From assembly GCA_963818475.1 (NCBI GenBank), contig CAWFSF010000002.1, positions 512,001-576,000 on the forward strand: a DNA stretch of 64,000 nucleotides, given 5' to 3'. A program made the translations under genes and the position numbers. The notes beneath the pieces are model-generated. The model was given only the letters and a program-made list of their open reading frames with translations. It was not told the DNA's origin and searched no databases. This document shows, piece by piece, positions 23,495 through 33,500 of this stretch. Source of the DNA: Nitrospirota bacterium (GTDB lineage: Bacteria > Nitrospirota > UBA9217). Each line of letters begins with the position of its first letter. The first letter of the stretch is position 1.

Positions 23495-23944
23495 ATGAGC
23501 GATCTGAAGATAACGAGTCCGGCATTCAGCATGAACGGCCCTATTCCTGCCCAATATACCTGCGACGGCGATGATGTGAACCCGCCGCTGCTGATCGAGA
23601 ACCTTCCCCCTGGCACACAGTCTCTTGCGCTGATCGTCGACGATCCCGACGCTTCCGGAGGCTCCTTTATCCACTGGGTGGTCTGGAACATCGGCCCGGA
23701 AACAAGGGAGATCGCAGAGAACACCCTCCCGCCGCATGCTCTGCAGGGAAAGAACGATTTTCGCCAGCAAAGCTACGGCGGCCCCTGTCCTCCTTCGGGC
23801 ACCCACCGCTATTTTTTCAAACTCTACGCACTGGATACGAAAATAAAACTCGGGACCGGAACGGGCAAAGCAGCGCTCGAGGCTGCCATAAAAGGACATG
23901 TGCTCGCGAGATCAGAGCTGGTCGGGCGCTACACCCGGAAGTAG
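23495..23944 (+). CDS. YbhB/YbcL (PEBP, Raf kinase inhibitor-like) protein
   Basis: YTCDG, DDPDA, HWVVWNI and [13 protein letters not shown] motifs. Confidence 0.92.
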   Translation: MSDLKITSPAFSMNGPIPAQYTCDGDDVNPPLLIENLPPGTQSLALIVDDPDASGGSFIHWVVWNIGPETREIAENTLPPHALQGKNDFRQQSYGGPCPPSGTHRYFFKLYALDTKIKLGTGTGKAALEAAIKGHVLARSELVGRYTRK

Positions 23945-23972
23945 CGCGGGCCGCATTGAGGGGGAGAAGAGA

Positions 23973-24905
23973 ATGAGAATTTTTTCCGATATCACGAAGA
24001 CCGTAGGCAGCACGCCGCTCGTCAGGATCAACCGGATGGCAAAAGGCATGGCCGGCGAGGTCGTGGCAAAGCTGGAAAGCTTCAATCCCTTGTCGAGCGT
24101 CAAGGACCGCATCGGCGTGGCCATGATCGAGGCAGCGGAAGCAGCCGGCCTGATCAACAAAGAGACGGTGATCATCGAACCCACCAGCGGCAATACCGGC
24201 ATTGCGCTCGCCTTTAGCTGTGCCGCCAAGGGCTACCGCCTGGTCCTGACCATGCCCGACACCATGAGCATGGAACGGCGCGCCCTGCTGCGGCTCTTCG
24301 GCGCGGAACTGGTCCTCACCGAAGGGGCAAAAGGCATGAAAGGCGCCATCGTCAAGGCGGAAGAACTTTCCCTGGAGCACAAGAACAGTTTTGTCCCCAT
24401 GCAGTTCCAGAACCTGGCCAACCCCGAGGCGCATCGCAGAACGACTGCCCAGGAGATCTGGACGGACACGGACGGCAAGGTTGACATTCTCGTGGCCGGC
24501 GTTGGCACGGGCGGCACGATCACCGGCGTGGCCGACGTGCTGAAAAAAAGAAAGCCGTCGTTCAAGGCGATCGCGGTCGAACCCAAAGACTCGCCCGTGC
24601 TGTCGGGCGGCAGCGCAGGCCCGCACAAGATCCAGGGCCTCGGCGCGGGCTTCGTGCCCGGCGTGCTGAAGAGCGAGCTTGTCGATGAGATCATCCAGGT
24701 GACGAACGAGGCGGCAGGAGAAGCAGCAAGGCAGCTCGCAAAACAGGAAGGCATCCTTGCCGGGATCTCGTCAGGCGCAGCGCTCTGGGCGGCGCTCGAG
24801 GTGGCCCGGCGTCCGGAGAATGCGCAGAAGCTCATCGTGGTGGTGCTCCCTGATACCGGAGAGCGCTATCTGTCGACCTGGCTGTTCCAGGAGTATATGA
24901 AGTAG
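23973..24905 (+). CDS. cysK: Cysteine synthase A
   Basis: SVKDRI (PLP Lys), [15 protein letters not shown] and [10 protein letters not shown] motifs. Confidence 0.96.
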   Translation: MRIFSDITKTVGSTPLVRINRMAKGMAGEVVAKLESFNPLSSVKDRIGVAMIEAAEAAGLINKETVIIEPTSGNTGIALAFSCAAKGYRLVLTMPDTMSMERRALLRLFGAELVLTEGAKGMKGAIVKAEELSLEHKNSFVPMQFQNLANPEAHRRTTAQEIWTDTDGKVDILVAGVGTGGTITGVADVLKKRKPSFKAIAVEPKDSPVLSGGSAGPHKIQGLGAGFVPGVLKSELVDEIIQVTNEAAGEAARQLAKQEGILAGISSGAALWAALEVARRPENAQKLIVVVLPDTGERYLSTWLFQEYMK

Positions 24906-24936
24906 CACGGATATGCTGATGACCAGACCAGGAACG

Positions 24937-24966
24937 CAAAAAGGCCCCGTATCGGGGCCTTTTTTA
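24937..24966. terminator. Bidirectional terminator
   Basis: AAAAAGGCCCCG-TAT-CGGGGCCTTTTT. Confidence 0.85.
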
Positions 24967-24976
24967 TTGCGATTTA

Positions 24977-25165
24977 TAAACCAAGAAACGACAGTTGGAC
25001 GCAGATGGACGCGAACTTTCGCAGATAAACCAGTTCTTCAATTGGGAAATCACCACAAGTGTGGGCCTTCATCAGTATTAAAGAGTTTTTATAGTCTGTC
25101 TTTTTCCGCCTTATCTGCGTTTATCAGATTTCATCTGCGGCCAAGTGCTTATTTCTCTGGCTTAA
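24977..25165. repeat. Non-coding inverted-repeat element, MITE-like family copy 1
   Basis: TTGGACGCAGATG (24995-25007) and CATCTGCGGCCAA (25132-25144); ends resemble the elements at 28294 and 52411. Confidence 0.65.
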
Positions 25166-25175
25166 GCATCACGCT

Positions 25176-25965
25176 TCAGCTGTCTGCATAAGCTCGATCG
25201 GCATGCGCGCCCGTTCGGGCTCGTCGAGCAGGATCGAAGCCGCTTTGGTCAGCTCCGACGGCGTCTTGCCGCCTGCAGGAAGCATGATGAGCGATAGCCG
25301 CATATTCATCCGCTGCCTTCAGGATCTCCTCGTCAGGATACCCGGACCGGAGCACTTCAGCGACCTCAACTCCCTGCCCTGCCAGTGATTCTCTCATGAG
25401 CTTCAGCATTGCCAGCAGTTCCCTTGCTCACCTGCTCAAGCTCTTTGTTCTCTGCAGCGTTGTAGAGATGTATGGGAACGATGCCGAGCAGCAGGATCTT
25501 CGAGCCAGTGGCCCGGGCCTCAGCAAGAATGTTCTCCCGGTCCGAAAGCAGCATTTCCGAGTTGTCCACCGGCACCAGGATCAGGCCGGGCATGATGTAC
25601 ACGGGGCAGGAAGCCTTCTTCGCAAGCGCCTTGTAGCGGGGCGTGGCAAGGACCAGGTCCGCCTTCTCAGCTGCTGAAATGCGCAAAGCCTCCTCGATGG
25701 TATCGCCTTCTTCGGACAGTACACGTACGCGAAGATCATGGCGTCCGGCTTCGTTGATCAGGGTCTCTGCATCGCGCCGATGCCTCGCTGCTTCTGCGCG
25801 GGCGATCTCCTCTGCCCGCGGTCCTGCGTCATAATCCACGAAGAGGCTGCTCTGAAATACCTGCAGCACGATCAACTCGCCGTCTTTTTCCTTTATCTTC
25901 CGAAGCCCGTACTGCAGGGCAGCCTTGGACTGGAGCGTTCCGTCATAAATCGTCAGGATCTTCAT
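25176..25965 (-). CDS. Two-domain universal stress protein; frame break near 25410
   Basis: MKILTIYDGT..AAL.YG, ILVPVDNS and RSGYPDEEILKAA motifs. Confidence 0.8.
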
Positions 25966-26100
25966 AGCAACCTCCAGGATCATTTTATCTCAATAAAAAC
26001 AACAAGTGCAACAAAAAAAATTAACGCAACATTTAACTGCACTAGCAATTAACCGTTTTGGCAGAAACTATCACGCTATAACGCCTAAAAACAGGATATT

Positions 26101-26119
26101 GTGCAATATTAAATTGCAC
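26101..26119. promoter_or_regulatory. Palindrome, candidate binding site for an enhancer-binding protein
   Basis: GTGCAAT-N5-ATTGCAC, about 50 bp upstream of a GG-N10-GC motif. Confidence 0.5.
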
Positions 26120-26170
26120 CGCATGTAGGCAGCGTCTACTATTTTCCATAAATTCAATGGCATTACAATC

Positions 26171-26186
26171 AGGCATTGCCATTGCA
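26171..26186 (+). promoter_or_regulatory. Possible sigma-54 promoter
   Basis: AGGCATTGCCATTGCA (GG-N10-GC). Confidence 0.5.
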
Positions 26187-26243
26187 ATATCAAGTACTGA
26201 AAAGCGATCAAAAAACTTTCAATCTCGTCCAATGGAGGCCATA

Positions 26244-26375
26244 ATGAAAAAGCTCGCCATGATGTTTGAAGATCTTTGGGTTGCAATTGCCTTTGCAGAA
26301 GAAGGCATCTATGAGGCTCCGCGGCCGCTTGAACAACAGCCCCGGATCGCTGAACCAATCCGCATCCATGCTTAG
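26244..26375 (+). CDS. 43-aa small protein (MKKLAMMFEDLWVAIAFAEEG...)
   Basis: GGAGG RBS; amphipathic N-terminus with an AIAFAE motif. Confidence 0.6.
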   Translation: MKKLAMMFEDLWVAIAFAEEGIYEAPRPLEQQPRIAEPIRIHA

Positions 26376-26398
26376 ATAAGCCTGACAAGGAGGCAACC

Positions 26399-26615
26399 AT
26401 GCAACCCGATGTAATAATGATCGTCGCTCAGAAACCTCCTGCTGGTTCAGCTCTTGATCGGCATAACGCTTGCCGGAAACTCTCCCCGGCTTCAGCAGGA
26501 ACTGCTTCGGATCTGGAAGACGCTCAAGTCCCCATTGCTTTGGAAAAAGCCGAGCAAGCCCAATCATAAGTCAGGAAAGTTCTGGGAGATCGACATGACC
26601 GATTTTGAACCCTGA
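26399..26615 (+). CDS. Small protein, about 71 aa after removing one A from an AAA run
   Basis: AAGGAGG RBS; the corrected frame reads MQPDVIMIVAQNLLLVQLLIGITLAG...FEP-stop; the uncorrected frame gives 56 aa. Confidence 0.45.
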
Positions 26616-26632
26616 GCGGCCTGACTTCCTTT

Positions 26633-26836
26633 TTAGTTCAAGTGCGACACTTCAAAGAGGACGTACATGAGAATGGCGACAGGCCCCACGGTCACGACCA
26701 CGGTGGCTGCGGTCCGGGCCGCCTTTCCGTAGATGTCCAGCCGGCCGATCATGCTCGGCACCATGAGCGATCCCAGGAACATCATCTGGAACAGCATAAA
26801 AAAATTCGATTGTAAAAATGCGTGTTCAAGCTCCAT
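26633..26836 (-). CDS. 67-aa two-TM membrane protein
   Basis: GGAG RBS; two hydrophobic stretches; downstream of the USP gene. Confidence 0.6.
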   Translation of the reverse strand: MELEHAFLQSNFFMLFQMMFLGSLMVPSMIGRLDIYGKAARTAATVVVTVGPVAILMYVLFEVSHLN

Positions 26837-26930
26837 CGTAAGTCTCCATCCGTTTTAATGTAAGCTGCAGCGCTACACGGGCCGCGCAGGCCCCGTGCTC
26901 CTATCCGCTCATAAAACCCGCGTCATGCTC

Positions 26931-27362
26931 CTACATCGTTTTCGTTGAGACCGCCGCGACATGAAGCTTCGCAGCTTCGCTCGCCAGTTCCGACGCTCCC
27001 ACTGCCTGCTGGTACTTGTTGATGATCTTCGTGAACTTCGGGGGGCAGAGCAGCACGTCGACCTTCTCGGCCTTGGCAAAGCTCACGATCTCGTCGGTCG
27101 GGTTCCCTTCGGTGCTGAAGAGGCTTGCTTTCACGCCCTTGCCCTTCTCGCGGATGATCGTCTTTGCCTCTTCGATGAACCGCGCGGCCTCGGCCCGGGC
27201 AGCGCCCTCTGCGCCGATCGTTGCATCGTAATCAACGAACATCCCGCTGTTGAACACATGGAGCGCAACCACTTCGCCGCCTTTTTCACGCGCCTTGTCC
27301 ATACCGTATACCAGAGCTTCCTTCGCCTGCAGCGTCCCGTCATAAGCAACCATGATCTTCAT
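26931..27362 (-). CDS. Universal stress protein
   Basis: MKIMVAYDGT..A.EAL and EGNPTDEIV..AK.EKVD; similar to the N-domain of 25176-25965. Confidence 0.85.
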   Translation of the reverse strand: MKIMVAYDGTLQAKEALVYGMDKAREKGGEVVALHVFNSGMFVDYDATIGAEGAARAEAARFIEEAKTIIREKGKGVKASLFSTEGNPTDEIVSFAKAEKVDVLLCPPKFTKIINKYQQAVGASELASEAAKLHVAAVSTKTM

Positions 27363-27419
27363 TGCACTACCTCCCTTGAGATTTTTTATTTTGTTTGTGT
27401 GCGACCTTGCCTGACATAT

Positions 27420-27466
27420 TGCATGGGCCGTGCCAGAAGTGCTGATCATTGCTTATCAATAGGTTA
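27420..27466 (-). promoter_or_regulatory. Sigma-54 promoter with IHF site
   Basis: TGGCACGGCCCATGCA at 27420-27435; IHF consensus TATCAA-N4-TTA at 27454-27466. Confidence 0.8.
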
Positions 27467-27734
27467 CATGGTGAGGCGCAGTTTTTTTACTGCATGAAGG
27501 GGCGCAAGAAAATACTGCGGAAGGGAGTGTCGCAGAACAAATTGCAATAAGAACCATTCTGCAATCCCCTTAAAATACTCCGCGGATATCCGCCTTTTCC
27601 TTTTACAATGGTTTAATATTATGCTACTTTCAGTGCAGTTGTTAGAATTTCAATAGGCAGGAAAGCCTTGCAGAGTTAAAATCACCTTCTGCCGGCGACA
27701 ATATAGGAATCATCATGAAGAGGAGGACTGCACC

Positions 27735-28097
27735 ATGAAAATACTGCTTGCCGAAGACGAAAAGGCCCTGGGGATGATCCTGAAAAAATCGCTCGAAGAG
27801 GATGGATATATCGTGGACCTCGTTACCGACGGCGTCGAGGCTGTTTCGAGTTTTATGGACAACGTATACGACTTCGTGCTTCTGGATATCAAGATGCCCA
27901 AACTAGACGGCATCAGTGCCCTCAAGTTGATTAAAAAAATCAATCCGGACGTCCCTGCTGTGACCTTTTCCGGCAACGCGGGGAGCGCGGAGATGCTGGA
28001 CTCCATAAAGGCCGGGGCTCACATCGTCCTTCCCAAGCCCTTTGCGATCGCCCAGTTGAAAGAGGAAATCAAAAAATATAGTTCAAGCAAGTGGTAG
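27735..28097 (+). CDS. Single-domain response regulator (receiver)
   Basis: ILLAEDE, LLDIKMPKLDG and KPF motifs. Confidence 0.93.
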   Translation: MKILLAEDEKALGMILKKSLEEDGYIVDLVTDGVEAVSSFMDNVYDFVLLDIKMPKLDGISALKLIKKINPDVPAVTFSGNAGSAEMLDSIKAGAHIVLPKPFAIAQLKEEIKKYSSSKW

Positions 28098-28293
28098 CAC
28101 TGACGCCCCGCATTAATTCAGCATCTCCCCATACTCCTCCGGACATAGGTTCCGGAGGAATACCCAGGTCTTTATCGCTGCATCCCGCTCTTCCCGTTCA
28201 ATGCTCGTAAGCAGCGCCATCGCCTCCTTGCCGTCAGCCGACTCGTGACCGTCTCGGGCACCGGGCTTGACGGGTTGACTTATTGCCCACCCC

Positions 28294-28495
28294 TAGTCTT
28301 TAACCTTAAAAAAGCATTTGGACACGGATTAACACGGATAAGAGCCGGATAACGGCAGATTATTTCTTTTATAAGAGGTTCACCCAATAGGTGAATGCTT
28401 TAGAATTTATCCGCGTCGCTTAGAAGCGCCTACTTCTGGTAATCAGATGTTTCCGATTCTTCCGTGTCCAAATGCCTTTTTTAGGTTTAACACTA
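28294..28495. repeat. Non-coding inverted-repeat element, MITE-like family copy 2
   Basis: 35-bp terminal inverted repeats matching 31/35 (28294-28328 and 28461-28495); interior similar to the reverse complement of 52481-52641. Confidence 0.85.
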
Positions 28496-28653
28496 TTTGG
28501 ACCTCCCTCTCTTGCGCTGTATCCCGCATCATCCGCCGCGTCATCCGCTGCCTGGCCGGTGGTATAATTACTTAGGAGTCCCTTTTTCCCACTCTACTGT
28601 TCGGAGCGGTGAACCGCGAAGACTGAAAAGAGGAGGATCTCAGGAGGTGGCGA

Positions 28654-29328
28654 ATGAAGAACAATAAAAAAATAAATAAGATCGGGATAGTCGGATCAGG
28701 TCATATCGGGGGAAACCTTGGAATTCTGCTCGCAAAGGCAGGATACGAGGTTCTCTATAGTTCAAGACATCCCGATACGCTCAAGAGCCTTGTCAAGACC
28801 TCCGGGCCCAAAGCCTGCGCCGGGACCGTCGCCGAAGCGATCGCATTTGGAGATGTTATCGTGCTGTCGCTTCCGCTCAAGGCTTTACCGGAGCTTGACG
28901 CTGAAGCAAAGGCGGCCCTGAAGGGCAAGATCGTGATAGACACATCGAATCCTTATCCTGAGAGAGACGGGGTGATCGCAGAAGAAGCGAGAAAAGAGCC
29001 GGGCGGTATGGGCACCTTCGTGTCCCGTCTTCTGCCGGGTGCAAGGATAGTAAGGGCGTTCAATACGGTCTATTTCGAAGACCTCAAAATAACAAAGACC
29101 CAACGTGGTGAAAAGATCGGGATCCCGATAGCCAGCGACGACCAGGAAGGATTGAAAGCCGCTGTCGAGCTCGTGGAGAAGGCGGGTCTTGACCCTGTTG
29201 TCGTGGGAAACTTGAGTACATCGAAATTGTTCGATGTGGGAACCGCTGTGTATGCAACGAGCGCCCCGGCGAGCAGGATCAGGGAAAGATTAAACCTGAA
29301 ACCTGCCGGTTCAAGGCGTGCGGCTTAG
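28654..29328 (+). CDS. NADPH-dependent F420 reductase-like oxidoreductase
   Basis: GSGHIG Rossmann motif; KIVIDTSNP and VRAFNT. Confidence 0.85.
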   Translation: MKNNKKINKIGIVGSGHIGGNLGILLAKAGYEVLYSSRHPDTLKSLVKTSGPKACAGTVAEAIAFGDVIVLSLPLKALPELDAEAKAALKGKIVIDTSNPYPERDGVIAEEARKEPGGMGTFVSRLLPGARIVRAFNTVYFEDLKITKTQRGEKIGIPIASDDQEGLKAAVELVEKAGLDPVVVGNLSTSKLFDVGTAVYATSAPASRIRERLNLKPAGSRRAA

Positions 29329-29402
29329 CTGCAAGTGTTCGGGAAGAGGGCTGCGGTTTCACACCGGTGAAGAGGTTCTAGGGCAAGCTTGTTCGTTGAA
29401 TC

Positions 29403-30302
29403 TTAAATTTTCTTATTTGATTTTTTCGTCCTGGAACGCCGGTATTTCCTGGTTTTCGCTGCCGGAGTATCTTCGACTAGGCGTACCGAACTGAACTGCT
29501 CAGGGTCTGAACTGAGGTCAACGAGCATTGACGTGCTCCTCCATAGCCTGCTGCGAGAGGGAGCGCCGAGAATGGCTGTATACACGAGTCCGTTCCCGGT
29601 TTCCATGGCGCCCACGAAGCAGTGCTGTGCCCTGTTCGTAAACCCGGTCTTTCCGCCGACCATGTCATCGCGGTACCAAAGCAGCGCGTCGGTATTGCTG
29701 ATGTTCCATTCTCTTCCATCTGCCAGGGTAACAGACGCCTCTTTTTTTCCGATTATCTCTCTGATAATCGGATAGGTGAGGGCATTTTTCAGGATGATCG
29801 TGAGATCCAGGGCTGTCGTATGCTGGTCGGTTCCGGGAAGTCCCGATGAGTTTTTGAATAGGGTATCCGCCGTCCCGATCTCCAGTGCCTTCCGGTTCAT
29901 CAATTCCACAAAATCGTCCTCTGATCCGCCTGCAGCTTCGGCCAGGGCGACTGCCGCTGAATTGGTCGATTTCATGAGCGCCAGGTGGAGCAGATCATCC
30001 ACGGTTAATTGGTCGCCTTCTCTGAGTCTTGGCCTGCTTGAAGGCGTTCCTGCCGCACGCCTGCTTATCGTGACGACCGATTCGTGGTCCAGTTTATCGA
30101 GGGCGACCATGGCAGTCATCAGTTTTACCGTGCTGGCCGGAGGGAGTCTCATCGAGGCGTTCTTGGAAAAGAGGATCGCCTCCTCTTCATTCAGGAGAAC
30201 GAAAGCTTTTGCGCGGATTGCCCGGGCGGAAGAAGCGAAAGCCGGTTGAGCAGATGTAATAAATAGAAGTGCAACGATCAAACAAACAATTCTTCGTCTC
30301 AT
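29403..30302 (-). CDS. D-alanyl-D-alanine carboxypeptidase (peptidase S11)
   Basis: Signal peptide; SxxK (STVK), SxN (STN) and KTG motifs. Confidence 0.92.
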   Translation of the reverse strand: MRRRIVCLIVALLFITSAQPAFASSARAIRAKAFVLLNEEEAILFSKNASMRLPPASTVKLMTAMVALDKLDHESVVTISRRAAGTPSSRPRLREGDQLTVDDLLHLALMKSTNSAAVALAEAAGGSEDDFVELMNRKALEIGTADTLFKNSSGLPGTDQHTTALDLTIILKNALTYPIIREIIGKKEASVTLADGREWNISNTDALLWYRDDMVGGKTGFTNRAQHCFVGAMETGNGLVYTAILGAPSRSRLWRSTSMLVDLSSDPEQFSSVRLVEDTPAAKTRKYRRSRTKKSNKKI

Positions 30303-30474
30303 ATCATGCCCGGCTCCTGCTCTTAAATATATCAGATGTGTGATAACTGCGGGATTATAGCGGAAAAAAGACAACTAATGAGTGATTTGAATCACCAATC
30401 CGAAGCGAAGATGTATACTATGGACCGTTAGTCGCGCGGCGGGCTAATCGATCGATTGCGAGACGATGAAAAGC

Positions 30475-30500
30475 GGGAAGGCTCAGAAATGAGCCTTCCC
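30475..30500 (-). terminator. Terminator after the giant gene
   Basis: GGGAAGGCTCA-GAAA-TGAGCCTTCCC, followed by GCTTTT on the minus strand. Confidence 0.7.
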
Positions 30501-30512
30501 AGGGAACTTTAA

Positions 30513-33500
30513 CTAGGGATTTTCAAGTAAAATCGTATCCTTGAAGACAGCAGATTCGTTACCAACCATATCTTTGAATCGAACGTACACTGCCTTTTTT
30601 CCGTCGCTGCTCTCAAGCATCCAGAGTTTTGTTTGGGCGAATGTTTCATAGTTAGACCAGATCAGATTATCATTACTGAACTGCACCTCGGAGATGCCGC
30701 TTAAATCGGTGCCTTTTAATACCAAAGAAACCTCTGCGCTGTTCGTTAACGGCATTCGGTCGTTAATAATAACGCTTCCCTCGGTATCTACAGGCACTGG
30801 AATTTTTTTATCGGGGGCGCTTCCATCTCCGAGCTGACCATACCCGTTATAGCCCCAGGTCCAGAGGGTATTGTCCGACTTCAATGCAGCAGTATGAAAA
30901 GCTCCAGTCTCTACCAGAACCCAATCGGCATCGTTTCCTACCTGTATTGGCTGTAGAGAATCCGTTGTCCTGCCGTCCTCGCCAAGCTGCCCGTAGCCAT
31001 AGGAACCCCATGCCCAGAGTGTGCTGTCGGATCTGCGGGCAAGACTATGGTTATTTCCGCATGATATCCTATCCCAGCCCCACGCTGCATCTCCAATTAA
31101 AACCGGCTGTGTTTTTAGGGTTTTGTTTCCATTGCCTAACTGCCCATACCAATTGTAGCCCCAGGTATACAGCCTGCCATTGGTGTCAAGCGCAAGAGTA
31201 TGATTACCACCGGCAGCCATCGACATCCAGTGGCCTGAAAAAGGAGTCAGGGGAAAAATGAACTGTACCAGACCCAGCTTACTTACCTTGGTCGCATCAC
31301 CTAGTTGACCGTAATGATTATAACCGCATGTCCATAGTTCACCCAGTTGATTGAGAGCAAGCGTATGGTTCGCGCCTGCCACAACAGCGACCCAGTTCGT
31401 TGCCGTGCCTATATGTAAAGGAGCTTTCGAATCGGCTGTCGCTGTGGGACCGCTGCAAAGCTGGCCATATGTATTCTGTCCCCATGTCCACAGAGAGCCG
31501 TCCTGTTTTAGTGCCACACTATGGTTAGCGCCAAGCGATACGGAAGTCCAGGGAATCGCATTTGCGTCGGGATCATTCGTAACGATCTTGATGGGTACAA
31601 TTCTTTTAGTTACAGTATTATCTCCCAATTGTCCATTATTGTTGTATCCCCAGGCCCACAACTCTCCGTTATCTTTCACTGCAGCTGAATGATATTGCCC
31701 TGCCGACACCGCCTTCCAGTTTGTTTCAGTACCAATATTTGCAACATTAACGGGTACTGCTTTATCAATTGAGGAATTATTTCCCAATTGTCCATAAAAA
31801 TTGTGGCCCCATGTCCAGAGAGTTCCATCATCTTTTATGGCAATGGTATGATATTGTCCCCCTGCCACTGCTTTCCAAGTAGTGCCAAGCTCCGATTAAG
31901 GTCGGCTTGGTCCGGTTGATTCCGCCATAGATATCGTCATTACCCCAGATCCAGACCGTACCATCGTTTTTTAAGCCAACCGAATGGTACAGTCTCCCGA
32001 TAAACTGGCCCAGTCAGTATCGTCTCCTATTTTTACCGGACTCGCTTCTCTTACCTGAATGTTCCGTCTCCTAATTCCCCCCGGAGATTATGACCCCATG
32101 CGTACCATTTGCCATCGGCTTTTCTACCGAATGAATGGTACCACCCTCCGGCCATATCAATCCATTCGCCGGGATTTCCGACCTGAGTGGGCGTTGTTTT
32201 GCTTATCAGGCTGTTGATTCCCAGTTCTCCGTGAAGATTGTATCCCCATGCCCATAATGTTCCATTTGCGTCTTTCGCCAGTGTATGGTGTCCACCAGTC
32301 GCAATTGAAACGATTGCCGCCTGATTTTCGGTTGGGATGGATATTTCGACCGGCTCCGGAGCAGTCACGTTCGACCCATTTCCTATCTGCCCGTAAACAT
32401 TATATCCCCAGGTCCATACCGATCCATCTGACTTGAGCCCCGCCACATGGTTGGCCCCGGCGGAAATCATGGCCCAATCAGTGTGGTTAGGCACGATTGA
32501 GGGATAAGGGAATCTGTTGGGAAATTGTTCCCTAATTGACCATATGCATTATCGCCCCAGGCCCAGAGGCTTCCGTCACTTTTTATTGCCAGGGCAAAAT
32601 TTGCTCCTCCTGCGACTGCAACCCATGTTGTATCAGGATTTGCATTGATGACATTGACCGGGATCAGTGAATCCGTTATTTTGTTATTCCCCAATTGACC
32701 GAACGCATTATCACCCCACGCCCATAATGAACCATTGGAGTCGATAGCATAGGAAGTATAATTTCCCGCTGCTATTGAAATCCAGTCAGAGGCGGTCCCA
32801 ACCTGAACGGGGAAAGTCCTGCTGATCATTGTTCCGTCTCCCAGCTGCCCACCCGCATTGCCCCCCCAGGCCCACAGCGTGCCGTCTGATTTGAGCCCGA
32901 GGACATGGTCACGACCTGCTGCGATTTTGGTATAAATGATGCCTGCAGGCGGTGTTGTATCAAGAGTGATCGAAGCGGCGGTGCCAGCCGACCAGAGTCC
33001 TGCATTGTCCTGGTATTTTACATAAACGTTCTTTTGTCCGTCGTCTGAGGAGAGTATCCAGGTCATCTGAGAAACGAGAGGCAGGGTGCTCCAGGTGCTG
33101 CCGCTATCATTGCTCAACCCCATCGCGGCGACGCCGTTAGCATCGTATGCGGCCAATACCAGGCTTACCGACGCACTATTTGCATATAATGCTCCATTAT
33201 TAATGATTATGGTTCCGACAGGCGGTGTAGTGTCAAGAACGATGGTATCTGTACAGGCAGGAGACCAAATGCCTGCCGCATCCTTAAACCTCACAGAGAC
33301 CGACTTTACCCCTTCCCCTGAAGCAAGCTGCCATGTTTTTGTCGTCTGATAATCTTCTTCATGAATAGGCCACGCCGTTTCGTCGTTAGTGAGCTGCATC
33401 TTCGCGATACCGCTGGAATCCGTGCCTGACAAGGTCAGCGTTACCGTAGGATCTGTCGCGTAGGAAGCGCCGCTGTTGATGACAATGCCGCCATCGAGAC

